Assembly (NCBI GenBank): GCA_951406725.2
Contig: OX597820.1
Coordinates: 21,514,001 to 21,578,000, forward strand
Direction of reading: 5' to 3'
DNA: 64,000 nucleotides
From: Octopus vulgaris
Taxonomy: Eukaryota
Below are positions 12,051-25,182 of this stretch, piece after piece (within the stretch, counting starts at the first letter, position 1; each line of letters starts with the position of its first letter). The translations under genes were made by a program, and so were the position numbers. Under the pieces are notes generated by a model. The model did not search any database, was not told the DNA's origin, and saw only the letters and a program-made list of their open reading frames with translations.

Positions 12051-12433
12051 TTCTTTCTTCTTTTTCTCTTCTTCTTCCTCTTTCTTCTTTTTCTCTTCGT
12101 CTTCCTTTTTCTTTTTGTCTTCCTCTTCCTTCTTCTTTTTCTCTTCCTCTTCCTTCTTCTTTTTCTCCTCATCCTCTTTCTTCTTTTTCTCCTCATCCTC
12201 TTTCTTCTTCTTGTCATCAACCTCCTTCTTCTTTTTATCCTCTTCTGCCTTCTTCTTTTCCTCTTCTTGCTTTTTCAATTCCAATTTCTTTTTCTCCTCC
12301 TCCTTTTTCTTGTCATCTTCTTTCTTTTTCTTTTCTTTCTCTTCCATCTCTAATTTGTCTCTTTCCTCTTGCTTCTTTCTCTCCTCTTCCTTTCGTTGCA
12401 TCTCTTCTTCCTTCTGCTTCTTCTTCTCGTCCT
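12051..12433 (-). CDS. Exon: Lys/Glu-rich low-complexity segment (KKKKEDEE repeats)
   Basis: TATTACAG acceptor, GAA|GTATGT donor, 383 nt, phase 1->0; ORF 12018..12401; synonymous variation among repeats. Confidence 0.9.
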
Positions 12434-12491
12434 CTGTAATAAATAGATGACATATTTTAGAATGCCATATACAAGAACTTCAAATGTAACG

Positions 12492-12908
12492 TACTCTTTT
12501 ACTCTTTTTACCTGTTTCAGCCATTTGACTGTGGCCTTGCTGGAGCACTGCCTTTAGTCGAACAAATCAACCCCAGGACTTATTCTTTGTAAACCATATA
12601 CTTACTCTATCAGTCTCTTTTGCCGAACTGCTAGTTACAGGAACATAAACACACCAACATCGGTTGTTAAGTGATGGTGGAGGTACAAACACAGACATAC
12701 AAACATACACATACACAATCACACACACATACACACACGCACATATAGATATAGATATATGTAATGGGCTTCTTTCAGTTTCTGTCTACCAAATCCACTC
12801 ACAAGGCTTTGGTCACCCCAAGGCTAAGTAGAACACACTTGCCCAAGGTGCCATGCAGTGGGACTGAACCCAGAACCATATGGTTGGGAAGCAAGCTTCT
12901 TACCACAA
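12492..12908 (-). mobile_element. SINE family A
   Basis: Reverse complement of the 2424-2830 consensus. Confidence 0.88.
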
Positions 12909-13108
12909 AACTATTAGAATTGTCAGTCAAAATTCTATGCAGGCTATTATATTCAATATCAACAGTGGGGCCCCTACAACATATACTGAGGCAGAAGGTT
13001 GGGTTAAATCAATGGATTTTATCTCCATAGAATAACCTTGCACTTTAACAATAAATAGGGCTTTTGGTTTGTTTTATTTTCTTTTTCTTAGTTAAATGAT
13101 TTGCTTAC

Positions 13109-13352
13109 CTTTAACAATCATATTTGCAGATCCTTTTTCAGATCCAACAGGATTCTTCAATTCAACTGTGTACACGCCAGCGTCTTTTGGTGTTACTTTG
13201 GACATATAGAATCGAGCAGTACCTCTTTCATAAGAAATATTTGCAGCTGAGGAACTTTTGATTTCTTTATCATTAAAATACCATATGGTGGTAATTGGTT
13301 CAGTTCCTGCAACTTTAAGTGTAATATCCATAGGCTCTCCTATATTGAATGT
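13109..13352 (-). CDS. Exon: Ig domain F body (TFNIGEPMDITLKVAGTEPITTIWYFNDKEI...DAGVYTVELKNPVGSEKGSANMIVK)
   Basis: CATTACAG acceptor, G|GTAAGC donor, 244 nt, phase 0->1; ORF 13092..13367. Confidence 0.95.
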
Positions 13353-13594
13353 CTGTAATGAGAACAAATGAAAATAATGTAGAGATACTTTACGTAACCT
13401 TATTGTAATACATTCTCTGATTTCATCTGTCTGTACAATCTGAGTTCAGATTTTGCCAAGGTGATTTTTGCCTTTCATCCATCTGAGGTTGATAAAATTA
13501 GTACTTACTGATCATAAGGGCCGATGTAATTGATTTACCCCATCCCCAAAATTGCTGGCCTTCTACCAAAATTTGAAACCAGTATATTCTCTAA

Positions 13595-14118
13595 GTGGAG
13601 GCACAATGATCCAGTGGTTAGGGCAGTAGACTCGCGGTCGTAGGATCGCAGTTTTGATTCCTAGACTGGGCATTGTGAGTGTTTATTGAGCGAAAACACT
13701 GGAGCCTCGTGGAGCTAAAGCCCCACGAGGCTCCGGCAGGAGGTGGTGGTGGACCCTGCTATATTCTTTCACCACAACTTTTTCTCACTCTTTCTCCCTG
13801 TTTCTGTTGTACCTGTATTTCAAAGGGCCAGCCTTGTCACACTGTGTCATGCTGAATCTCCTTGAGAACTACGTTAAGGGTACACGTGTCTGTGGAGTGC
13901 TCAGCCACTTGTACATTAATAAGTGAGCTGTGACATCACTGGTGCCAAGCTGTATCGGCCCCTTTGCCTTTCCCTTGGATAACATCGGTGGCATGGAGAG
14001 AGAAGACTGGTATGCGTGGGCGACTGCTGGTCTTCCATAAACAACCTTGCCCAGACTTGTGCCTCAGAGGGTAACTTTCTAGGTGCAATCCCATGGTCAT
14101 TCATGACTGAAGGGAGTC
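13595..14118 (+). mobile_element. Composite SINE: family D tRNA head and body joined to family C 3' part
   Basis: gtggaggcacaatg...gtggttagggcag head, then gtgccaagctgtatcggcccc...aggtgcaatcccatggtc. Confidence 0.82.
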
Positions 14119-14983
14119 ACAACAAAATATTCTCTTAATTTCATTCAGGAAAAAGGTACATCTTGTAATTGAAAACAATACTATTTCATAAAGTTGGCTT
14201 CTGCATTAGATTATCTATTAAGGTACTTTGTTTAATGCTTTTTCTAAAACAGAAAGTAATGAAGACTTTGGTAAGTAATACATATTTCCATCAATACTAA
14301 ACATTAGTTGTTTAGTACTCTTTATCACTGTGCATAGAAAGCTTTCATGAAGCCAACACTGACTATACAACAGCATTTGTATGCACAGGCCTGGGCAAAC
14401 TCTTTTGAGGAAGTTTTGTAGTAGCTCGAGCATGCAAATTTCCCTTTTCCATGCCCTTGTTGTTTATGCAAGGGAAGGGCCATCAACTTGAGCCAATACA
14501 CTCCACCCTGATGTCGTCACAAGTGTTGTTGTGAGAATGCAAAGAGCCAGAACTGATATGACAGTTTCATGTAGCAAACTCCGATAGTGCCACCGATCCA
14601 CTGACTGCTTTGGTACTTTATTTCTCAGCCATGAAAAGATAGAAGGCAAAGTTGCTGATCTCAGACCACAGAGTCAGAACAGACATTACAAGACATTCAA
14701 TCCAATGCTGTAATGGATTTGACAATAAACTGGTTCTTATTTTATCAATCCTGAAAGGATGAAAGGTAAAGTCGACTTTGGCAGAATCTGAATTCAGAAA
14801 ATAATGATGGACAGAATCCAACTCAGCATTTTGCCTGGCATGTTAACGATTCTGCAAGCTTGCCACCTTAAAATACGTTTAACGCTAAAACATTTTCCAT
14901 CTTTGGAAATGAAGAGGTTAGCTCCTTCCGTAAAAGAAAGTACCATAAATTTTAGTTATATTCAAATCAATATCTTGTCTTAC

Positions 14984-15045
14984 CTTTGATGTTAGTTTTG
15001 TGATGAATTTTGGAGGGTCGCCCTTCACTTTGGGAGGAATCAGTT
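14984..15045 (-). CDS. Exon: start of Ig domain F (LIPPKVKGDPPKFITKLTSK)
   Basis: TTTTCAG acceptor, AAG|GTAAGA donor, 62 nt, phase 1->0; PPKF Ig start motif. Confidence 0.92.
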
Positions 15046-15155
15046 CTGAAAAGATTAATAAGATATTTATTAATTGAAATATAATACTAATTAAATTAAT
15101 AATTCTAATATTTGTAATATCAATCCAAAATTTTTATGACAAGAGAAATACATAC

Positions 15156-15243
15156 GTGTTGATGACAATTTCATTAGCTGAACACCTTCACCAAATGGTG
15201 TTTGAATTACACATTTGTAAGGACCAGCATCTTTGGTAGTGAC
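15156..15243 (-). CDS. Exon: Ig domain E, end (VTTKDAGPYKCVIQTPFGEGVQLMKLSST)
   Basis: CTTCAG acceptor, C|GTATGT donor, 88 nt, phase 0->1. Confidence 0.93.
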
Positions 15244-16325
15244 CTGAAGGTAAAAGAAGTTTGAAAATATATTGAAGCTTTTGAATTTGTTTTTTTTTTT
15301 AATGTCACTCAAGTGTTTAAGAATTCTTGACAAATTTTACTTAAAGTGTTTTGCTCAAGAACACAACGCGTCGCCCGGTCCAGGAATCGAAACCACAATC
15401 TTACGATCATGATGCTGACATCCTAACCACTAAGCCACACACCTTCATGAGAAAAGGGATAGCATTTGTAATTTCAAAAGATCTGCCCTGTATTACATTG
15501 AATTACACTGATTCAGTCATAGGATTACATTAAAGATTACAAGGGGCTGTGGAATACTCAGCCAGTATGATATAAAAAGAAAGTAGTTCCATTGATAGAA
15601 CAACACTCAGCAATGAAGCCAGTGAAGGATCATCCAGGCTCTTTCATTATAAAACATATTTAGCATTCCAATGACAAAGGGTTACAAAAGCAGTTTATAT
15701 TCAGGAGAATTCCCAGTCCAAAAACATTATGCAAGATATTAATAATTTGATTTTTAAATTGCAAGGTTCATTCATCTTGTTGGTCTATAAATATTATAAT
15801 GATATCTAACAGCAGTTGGATCTTTTGAGATAAGTTGCACTTCCTTGTTAGACATATATAATTCTATTTTATTAGCCTATTTTGGCAGAATCATGAGAGC
15901 CAGATTGTAACTCAATTCTCAAAAAGTATATATATATTTTTAATGCTGCCATTCTTCCACTAAAGAAAGCAAATGTACAGAGTTACTTCCCTTGGAAAAT
16001 ATATTTTAATTTTATGTGTGTGCACTTATCTATATATTGGGATATACCAACAGATGGTTCTTACACCATTCAGCATATAGTCATAGAATGTGATTTAGCT
16101 TGCATCAAGCCTTGTTTGGGTACACATTATTGATAGGTCACAAAAATGATGAAACATCTGTGACCATCACTCCTGAATGGGATCTTATGTGAGTTGCCTT
16201 GCTTGTCTATGATTTCCAGGCATTTCAACATCAGGCACATTGATGATAGTATATTCTTTTATGCCTATGAGCACAGCCTACCCATGAACTAGAAAACCAC
16301 ACACTTAGTGTATGTGTGTTTCACA

Positions 16326-16722
16326 TCTTTTATATATATAAAGCTGAAGTTGTCTGTGTATGGCAGGTTTGGTAGCCTTCAACTAACACTATCTCCTCTG
16401 AGACCCTGCGGTGCAAGTTGACCAAAATTGAGAGTATGATAGAAGAAGGCTTGCTCTTCATTCCGTAGAAGATAAAATTCAAATCAAACCATGTTAACAC
16501 CAAAAATTATTTACATCAAAAAGGTGCCTTTTTTTTCTATGAAGATACCTATTTTTTAACGATCTTTTGACTGCTGTGTCGCCATTTTTCGGTGTATTTC
16601 AATCAGAAAAATGTTCACTTAAAGAGAATAACAAGCTACATAATGCAAACTTTTTACTTTTCAAAAATTCCAATTCTAAAAGGTCGAAACAAACCCAAGC
16701 AACGCCGGGTCATACTGCTAAG
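16326..16722 (+). mobile_element. Non-autonomous Helitron-like element
   Basis: 5' A|TCTTTTATATATATAAA start; 3' cccaagcaacgccggg hairpin followed by ctgcta(a)g|t. Confidence 0.65.
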
Positions 16723-16774
16723 TATATATATATTTGTAACTGATATAAAAAGTTATTAAATATTTTCTAATTAC

Positions 16775-17030
16775 CTCATCCATTTGCATGCTAGCATAGT
16801 AACTTGAATCTTTCTGTGACACATCCATCTTGTATCTCCCACCACTTTTCAAAGGATTGTTTCCAAAAAACCATTGGGCAGTTGGCTTCTCCTTGCTATC
16901 AACTTTCTGTTCAAATGTTACTCGCTTTTTATCCAGTTCAATTTTAGTTGTGGCTTTATCTGTTAACGTTATTGTCTTTTTCTCTTTATCTTTTTCTGCA
17001 TCTTTCTCTGCATCTTTGTCCTTTTGTTGG
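16775..17030 (-). CDS. Exon: charged linker plus Ig domain E, first part (QQKDKDAEKDAEKDKEKKTITLTDKATTKIELDKKRVTFEQKVDSKEKPTAQWFFGNNPLKSGGRYKMDVSQKDSSYYASMQMDE)
   Basis: TCTTTGGCAG acceptor, GAG|GTAATT donor, 256 nt, phase 2->0, matching both neighbours. Confidence 0.92.
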
Positions 17031-17173
17031 CTGCCAAAGAATTAAATAGAATTGAAGAATATTATATTTTGTTTTTGGATTTGGTTTGCAAGATTCTTTA
17101 TACGAGTTCGTGTGTTGAAGCATATGCTGTTGTGTCTGGGGAGAGTAATTTTGTTCTTGTGTCTTATAATTTA

Positions 17174-17565
17174 GGAGGAAGCACTCTGTCGGTTACGACG
17201 ATGAGGGTTCCGGTTGATCCGAATCAACGGAACAGCCTGCTCGTGAAATTAACGTGTAAGTGGCTGAGCACTCCACAGACACGTGCACCCTTAACGTAGT
17301 TCTCAGGGAAATTCAGCGTGACACAGAGAGTGACAAGGCCGGCCCCTTGAAATAGAGGTACAACAGAAACAGGAAGTAAGAGTGGAGTGAGAGAAAGTTG
17401 AGGCAAAAGAGTACAACAGGGGTCGCCACCACCCCCTGCTGGAGCCTCGTGGAGCTTTAGGTGTTTTTGCTCAATAAACACACACAACGCCCGGTCTGGG
17501 AATCGAAACTGTGGTCCTCCGACTGCGAGTCTGCTGCCATAACCACTGGGCCATTGCGCCTCCAC
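17174..17565 (-). mobile_element. SINE family D inserted in a fold-back element, 11-bp TSD
   Basis: cttataattta at 17163-17173 and 17566-17576. Confidence 0.9.
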
Positions 17566-17778
17566 CTTATAATTTAACACACTCACTGATAAAATTTCCA
17601 CTTATTTTTATTTTCCTAAAATTTCCGTTTTATCTTGCAACCTTTTCAATAGTCTTGTTTTAAATTATAAGGCACAAAAAGAAAATTACTCTCTCAAGAC
17701 ACAACAGAAGAATATATTATATTTCCTAATTATCAAGTGCATCATTTTTAAAACACCTTTGACAATGTTGAAGTTTTG

Positions 17779-17960
17779 GCATGGCTATGTGGTAAGAAGC
17801 TTGCTTCCCAGCCACATGGTTCTGGGTTCAGTGCCACAGCATGGCACCTTGAGCAAATGTCTTCTACTGTAGCCTCAAGCCAACCAAAGCCTTGTGAGTA
17901 GATTTGATAGATGGAACCCGAAAAAAGCCATTGTATACATATATACATATACACACACAC

Positions 17961-18013
<53 letters not shown>

Positions 18014-18233
18014 TGTGCTTATGTGTGTGTGTCTTTGTATCTGTGTTTGTCCTCCACCAGCACTTGACAACCAGTGTTGGTGTGTTTGCATCCCCATAAC
18101 TTAGCAGCTCAGCAAAAGATATTGTTAGAATAAGTACTAAGCTTTAAAAAATTAAATACTGTGAAAAAATTCTTCAGGGTGGTGCCCCAGCATGGCTGCT
18201 GTCTAATGATTGAAACAATTAAAAGATAAAAGA
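17779..18233 (+). mobile_element. SINE family A
   Basis: Similar to 2424-2830. Confidence 0.85.
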
Positions 18234-18709
18234 TTGCTTTCAATCATCTTTATTATTCAAAAATTCAAGTATCTTCACCTTTAATTGATTTATTCTCTTT
18301 TGGGAAAGCTTTTTTATATATATCAGAAAATATAGCATTTGCTATTCTAATATAAGAGCGACCAGCTGAATGATAACTAAGTTATTTTATTAAGTTCTTT
18401 GTTATATTTAAAGTAATTGAAAGAAACACAGAGCATCTCAAAATAAATACCGTAACGAAGGGGTTAAATAAGACTGTACATACTATCACACTGTTGTTGC
18501 TTACATTCCTTGAGGAATTTGAATTTGCAATGTAAAGACAGTCAAAATGCAGTTAAGCATTTTGCCTGGCGTGTCAACAATTCTGCCAGCTCGCTGCCCA
18601 CTCTGGGGTAATATTAAAATCAACTTCAACTGGAAATGTCTTCAAACGAAAATCCTTCAACAAAATAAACATCATTTAAGTAAAATAAAACTTAGCAACA
18701 TGCACTTAC

Positions 18710-18801
18710 GCATCTAAGTTGAGAGTGATGTTTGCAGTGCCCTCTCCATGTGCATTTTTAGCGACCACCTTATACACACCCGCATCATCTTTAGTGAAAT
18801 T
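18710..18801 (-). CDS. Exon: Ig domain D, end (NFTKDDAGVYKVVAKNAHGEGTANITLNLD)
   Basis: GTTTTAG acceptor, GC|GTAAGT donor, 92 nt, phase 0->2. Confidence 0.95.
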
Positions 18802-19017
18802 CTAAAACATAGAATAAAACAAAGGTAATTAGTTAAATATAAATAGCCCTTCAGAAAATGAGAAATTTTTGTTTGACCCTTTGTCTGTCCAAAGCATTTT
18901 CATGAATTTACCCCAAACATCCATGCTTGGTTTCAAACTTTTAGCTATTGGAGGTTAATTTGGTTTAGTTGGTGGGTAATATGTATTGGTACTCTATTAG
19001 TAGGTGTATGATATATA

Positions 19018-19068
<51 letters not shown>

Positions 19069-19074
19069 ATATAT

Positions 19075-19356
19075 CACTGTGATCCTCGTGACCGACTAGG
19101 CTGTCAGATGTTGCTACACATCGCTGGTCACAATGCGCTTTGCATTGTTTTAGCCTTCAAATGATGCCACCCCGCTGGCTAAGCTAGCAGGCCAACAGAA
19201 GAAAGAATGAGAGGAAGTTGTGGTGAAAGAGTACAGCAGGGATCGCCACCACCCCCTGCTGGTGCTTCGTGGTGCTTTAGGTGTTTATGCTCAATAAACA
19301 CTCACAACGCCTGGTCTAGGAAGTCCGCTGCCCTAACCACTGGGCCATTGTGCCTC

Positions 19357-19358
<2 letters not shown>
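19075..19358 (-). mobile_element. SINE with family D head and a distinct 3' tail
   Basis: ccctaaccactgggccattgtgcctccac head (reverse complement). Confidence 0.8.
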
Positions 19359-19415
<57 letters not shown>

Positions 19416-19890
19416 ATTCTTTTGAGATCTTGGATTATCAGCCAAGTGTTCTGCACATCACATATGATGTACTATTATATATTCATTACTCCTTGTTCTG
19501 AGCAATATAAACCTTTCTTTTCATAAATCCCTTGTTATTCTGGTTGTTGTGAAAAATTGAGAATGTGTATCATATACGATGCACGGATACCAGGAAAATA
19601 AGTCCTTTATGACCTGTCATGTAGCAGTTTAATTAACAGTTTGATTTAACTAACAGAAATTGCTTAAAAAAATATCAGACTAAACTAAGAGCTGGAAACA
19701 ATATGATTGTAGGTAGTGCTCTGACATAGTCACATTCCAGTAATTGAAACTAGTAAAAAATGTGCTTAAATCATTTGATGCTAATAAGTTAGCTGGATAA
19801 CAATTCACTTAGTTACACAGTTAACCATGATTTGTAATTCTATACAAAATGTTAAATGAGAAAAATTAGAGCAGAAATTCGTTCTCTTAC

Positions 19891-20117
19891 CAATATATCC
19901 AACATAAAGGTATATTTATCTTTATCTTGGGTTGTTTTCAATTTCAGTCTGTTGTTTTCTTTCAAGAGGGTGCTGCCTTTATACCAAGTAATTGTGGGTT
20001 TTGGATCAGCTATGCAACTACACTCCATGTGGATATTTTTCCCTGATGCGTCTTGTGCTATTTTAGGTTTTTCTGTGAAATTTGGTGCTTTGCCAGCAGG
20101 CTCAGTTTTTTCTGTAT
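19891..20117 (-). CDS. Exon: Ig domain D, first part (TEKTEPAGKAPNFTEKPKIAQDASGKNIHMECSCIADPKPTITWYKGSTLLKENNRLKLKTTQDKDKYTFMLDIL)
   Basis: TTTTCAG acceptor, TTG|GTAAGA donor, 227 nt, phase 1->0. Confidence 0.94.
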
Positions 20118-20861
20118 CTGAAAATATATTAAAGTTTTATTTTTAAAATGTCTTTAAGAGTTGACTATCTCATCACTGCTCACTAAAGCAGAAAATGTAT
20201 TGAAGTGTGGAGTTTGCTTTTTCTGAGAAGGTCTAATAATATAGAAACAAGCCAGTACTTGCTTGAATAATTAAAATAATATTAGTCAATGACTAATATT
20301 GTCATTTCTTCACTGCATTATCATTTCTAAACAGAATTTTACTTCTCATTTCATTGACTATATCAAATACTAACTTAAACATTGCATTAGAAAATTTAAG
20401 GAAATTTCCTTAAACTTAATGTATATTATTAACATATATTATTTCAAGTGATAATTCACAGTGGGATTTAAAATCTTTGGAATTTAAAATGTAATTTTAT
20501 AAAACAGCATATGGTAGGATAGAGCCTACATAATCTAACATAATAATCTGTATGAAATCAACATTTCATATCTAATCAGTGGCTCTGCATTTTGTCCTTA
20601 GCTGTAATTTTGTCCTTAGCTGTAATTTTCAACAAAGAGGTTCAGATGGATGTAAGTAAGGTCTTGTGGTAGTATAATTACCTGCTGTAGGTAGTACAGT
20701 AGTGCAAAGTTGACACACTCGATATCTTTATGAGTTGAATAACTCATTAATTAAATGAATAACAATGTGATTATATATGAAAAGCTTTGTAGAAAAAAAT
20801 GGTTATTTTTTGTAATATGAAACAGTTTCTTTCAAGTTAACAACCTAAAATATATATATAC

Positions 20862-20925
<64 letters not shown>

Positions 20926-20988
20926 ACATACGTATGTATGTATGTATGTGTAAGTGAATGTATCTGTTTATATATATATATATGTATA

Positions 20989-21019
<31 letters not shown>

Positions 21020-21146
21020 TCACATGAATTTGTTGAAATGATCAATGTTGAAATAAACTGCAAATTTTTAATAAAATATAGTCAAGTCACCAATGGTTAC
21101 ATTCGCATACACTCATGTAAATCACAGTCGTTTTAAGTTTTGTGTT

Positions 21147-21371
21147 CCCTTTTGTTACTAACCCGGCCAAAACCGACTCTGGCTCTGTAGTACAAATGTC
21201 TTGTTTTCATAAGTTTTGCATCAAAATATATCACCAAACATTAGTTGCAATTTATATTCCTAACACTAGCTTAATGATAGCTAAGTTATTTTACTAAATT
21301 TTTTGTTATATTTAAAATAATTGAAAGAAACACAGAGCATCTCAAAATAAATACGGTAACGAAAGGGTTAA
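21147..21371. mobile_element. piggyBac-like MITE (ends in aacgaaaggg-TTAA); partial copy at ~18360-18467
   Basis: cccttttgttac ... ggtaacgaaagggttaa inverted ends; second copy shares gttattttactaa...cacagagcatctcaaaataaatac. Confidence 0.65.
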
Positions 21372-21379
21372 TCATTTAC

Positions 21380-21470
21380 CTTGGAAATTCAGTGTAATAT
21401 TTGCATTAGATTCACCATTCTCATTTGAAGCAACACACTTATATACTCCACCATCGGCTGGTGCTGGATC
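21380..21470 (-). CDS. Exon: Ig domain C, end (DPAPADGGVYKCVASNENGESNANITLNFQ)
   Basis: TTTGCAG acceptor, G|GTAAAT donor, 91 nt, phase 0->1. Confidence 0.95.
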
Positions 21471-21759
21471 CTGCAAATAATAATTTAAAACTTAGATATA
21501 GTTAAGAATAAGAAAGAAGGACATAGCAATAAGTGAGAGTAGAAAACCCCACAAATTAATCAATAAATACGTAAATAAATCTTGAAGACCAGACATTGAT
21601 ATCGTTATATCCATCCATTTTCACTGCTCACTATTTCAGGGAGAGTTGGGGTAGAGTCCTCGGGTACTTCCTCCATAGGTTCCTATCAGAGTCAGCTGTC
21701 TTTACAATTTCCTGCTGGATTCCAAACTAGGTCTTCTGTGATTGGTAAAATTAGCCAAA

Positions 21760-22023
21760 CTTTCTAACTTCGGTTCAGTTTTCATACCTATCCTCACCTA
21801 TGGTTATGAATGTCAGATAATGATTGAAAGAGTACAATTACAAATACAAGCAGATGAAATGGGTTCATCTGAAAGACCCCCTAGAGTAATATTAATCAAC
21901 AGAGACTATAGTTCAGAGATCAGGAACTCTCTTCAATTTGAGCCACTATCTTTCTACATTGAGAGGTCACAGTTCTGTTACAACAAACATGTTGTTAGAA
22001 TATTACAGGAAAGGATCACATGA
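21760..22023 (+). mobile_element. Degenerate RTE-type LINE RT C-terminal fragment
   Basis: FIPILTYGYEC...IQADEM...IERSQ...HVVRI resembles the RTE motif PxLxYGxExW. Confidence 0.65.
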
Positions 22024-22164
22024 CATATAATTAATTTATGCTATTCCCTAATGCTGTAACACTCAGGTATCATTTAAGCATAACTGGGTAAGAGTGTAAT
22101 TATTTTTGATGATTAAAATGTCTATGGACGATTTTAGAGCTTTTAACCTTTCTAATCTTCTGAG

Positions 22165-22492
22165 ACCCCCTTCGGTCACGATACAGACTATGGGATTGCA
22201 CCTAGAAAGTTTTCCAGACACATGTCCAGGTAAAGTTGTTTATGGAAGGCCAGCAGTCATCCATGCATACAGGCCTCCTTTCTCCATGCCAGAAGTGTTA
22301 TCCAAGGGAAAGGCAAGGGCCGATACAGCTTGGTACCTGTGATGTCACAACTCATTTCTACAGCTGGGTGAACTGGAGCAACGTGAAATAAAGTGTCTTG
22401 CTCAAGAACACAACACGCAGCCCGGTCTAGGATTCGAGCTCACAAACTCACGATCATAAGCTCGACGCTCTAACCATTGAGCCATGCACCTT
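22165..22492 (-). mobile_element. SINE family C
   Basis: Similar to 6205-6520. Confidence 0.88.
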
Positions 22493-22550
22493 CGCAGTCT
22501 TATAATCTTACAGTCATAAACTGTTATTCATATCTTCAAATGTAACTTAC

Positions 22551-22767
22551 TTTGATTGTCAGCACGATAATATACATATTAGGACCTTTAGGGTCCTTAG
22601 TTGTTTGGATAGTGTAACGTCCACCTTGCTTGATTTCTGTAGCTTCACGAAACCATTTGATAACAGGTTGGGAGCTTGATTCAAGATTGCATGTCATTGT
22701 AAGTTGATTTTTCTGAGGTTGTTTTATAATAGGTTTTTGGGTGAAATGTGGAGCCTTGCCAGCTTCC
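22551..22767 (-). CDS. Exon: Ig domain C, first part (EAGKAPHFTQKPIIKQPQKNQLTMTCNLESSSQPVIKWFREATEIKQGGRYTIQTTKDPKGPNMYIIVLTIK)
   Basis: TTCTAATAG acceptor, AAA|GTAAGT donor, 217 nt, phase 2->0. Confidence 0.93.
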
Positions 22768-22993
22768 CTATTAGAAGAAAAAGTAAAAGAAAATATTGAG
22801 ATTTAGGTACTTTAACGATAAACAATTAAAAACTTAATTTTTATATTATTTATTAATTTTAGCAATTTTCAATTCCATTTCTTAACATATTTTTATGTAT
22901 ATTTCTCACATTTGATTAACAGTTAAAACAAGACTAAAAATATCAAACAATTAACCATTGTAGAAATTGAGAAAAAATTGATTAAATACTTAC

Positions 22994-23003
22994 GTTTGTT
23001 TAC
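22994..23003 (-). CDS. 10-nt microexon, phase 1->2 (G-K-Q-T linker)
   Basis: TTTCTTTTCATTTCCATAAAATAG|GTAAACAAAC|GTAAGTA; converts phase 1 (end of 27729 exon) to the phase 2 needed by the exon starting at 22767. Confidence 0.8.
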
Positions 23004-23533
23004 CTATTTTATGGAAATGAAAAGAAAGTAGAAAAAATATTAAAGTATATTATAAAAGTAGGCAATTCCAAAAAGCTAAATATATAATTTCTATTATGAT
23101 AAAATGAACATACATATTTAAATATAGATTTTCATAAGTTTAACTTAGAGTTATATTTATACATTATATTATATTATATCATATAAAGAATATTGTTAAA
23201 TTTGATTGTTTCTAATAACATAATTATTTCAATATAATAATTAATGTACTTTTAATGGGATTAATGAAACAACAGAAATTTCCTTAAATTCAATGGTGTC
23301 AATTTTAAAGCAATAGCTTCCTACTCTTATAATTTCATCCTCATTACTCACTCTATGTATATATTTATATATATATATTTTTTATATATATATATAAATA
23401 TATATAAAATATATATAAATATATATTTATATATATATTTATATATAATATTTATATATATTTATTTATATATTCATATATATTTATATATTTACATATA
23501 TATATATATTTACATATATATATATATATATAT

Positions 23534-23566
<33 letters not shown>

Positions 23567-25182
23567 CATACACACACAAGATGAAATACATAAATGTATA
23601 CATGTACAGATAACAAGAAAGTAAGAACTAGAGAACAGAAAGACAAACAGTAGAGTGAGACTCAGAGAGTGGAGTGAGAGAATAAAAATCTAAGAAATAA
23701 GCAAGCATAGAATTCATAAGCCAAAATTTAATTCTGCATAAATCCTGTTTACCTAAAGAAAGAACTAGATTGTATATTTATCTATAATTGTAATTGACAG
23801 TAATTAACTATTATCAAAGTACCTCATATTAGAAATCAAATAATAATAACCTTATTGAACCTCATTTCAAAAATAGAAAAAAATATATAGACTTTCATGT
23901 ATGAAGGTAATTCAAACATATTCATACATTAATATGTATTTCTTCTATTAAAAATCTACACAAAGCAGATTTATGCATCAGCTCGAAAATGATTATTTAC
24001 AGAATATTTCCTGTGATGCTTTTATCTGCTGTTTGTGTTGGCAGAGCATTTTCAATGTTCTGTCCTTTATATAAAGTTAAAACAAGTTTTTGAAAAATAT
24101 AAAATGTTAGTGCACTTACAAGTAAAGAAAAAAAAAAGTTAAAAAGTAGACAAATTTAGAATGTTAAGGAAATAGAAAAATTCTGTGAAGAGTTGTTTAT
24201 TAAGAATGATGTATTATAAAACAAATCATGTGATTGATTTTAAAGAAAGTTTTTGTACAAATGAAAAACAATATCAAAAAGATATAAAAATAAATATTGA
24301 GAACTTAAAATAAACTATAAGCTTATTCTTATATGAGTGCGCTTAATTTTTATTTCTTTTACAATATACAAATTAAATGGAATTTTCTTAAAAAATATAT
24401 CACTTCAAAGCGATCGTACGCAAATGCAAATGAATGTCTTCAATCAAGCTGTTTAGAGCGCAGGTTAGTATTTCAAAACTTTTAAAGCAAACCTTTATAC
24501 CATGTTTTCTTTTAAACAGCATAAAATATTGTTCACATCATTTGTGTCAACAAATGGAAAGCAAGCAAATGAATCTATAAAATATACTGTCTAATTAGCT
24601 GCATATAACAGATGTCGCTTTTGCGCAAGTTTTATTTTAAACATTCATATTATATGAAGATTTTGTTGATATTTACCAACACCAATAACAGCATAGAAAA
24701 TAAAGCAGTGATGAGTTAATTTCATTGCAGCTATGATCTAAAGTTATCTAATTTTAAAGCAGTCCTTGTTTTGAGAATATGTATGTTCTGTTGCTTTGTC
24801 ATTTTGTGTAATAAAATTAGTTCAATCGAGTTTAAAGTGCATGATCTTTGATAAGCTTATGAAATTTTGAAGATATATTTGTGTAATGTTAATTAAACTA
24901 TAAACTAGATGTATATTTTTAACAGCACATATGTTTGCCTAAGTAAAAATTTAAAACAATATTTTCAGAAATTTTTGTAATCAAATCAACTTATATTGTA
25001 AATGTAAATTAAAAAGAAAAATATAACCAAATTTAATTTTTTAAAATTCAATATTATTCAGGAAGAATGCTTAACTAGCAAATCTCTTTGGTATTCTTAG
25101 TTCATTTCATAATTTGGAAAGTTGGTTTATTGTAGTAATTACAATTATACAAGGTTTTGAAATACCTTTGTAAAAAGTAAGG

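Noticed and set aside
11972-12450. Arg/Lys-rich ORF (11972..12220) and Ser/Phe-rich antisense ORF (12115..12450)
   Set aside because: Alternative frame and antisense shadow of the KE-rich exon
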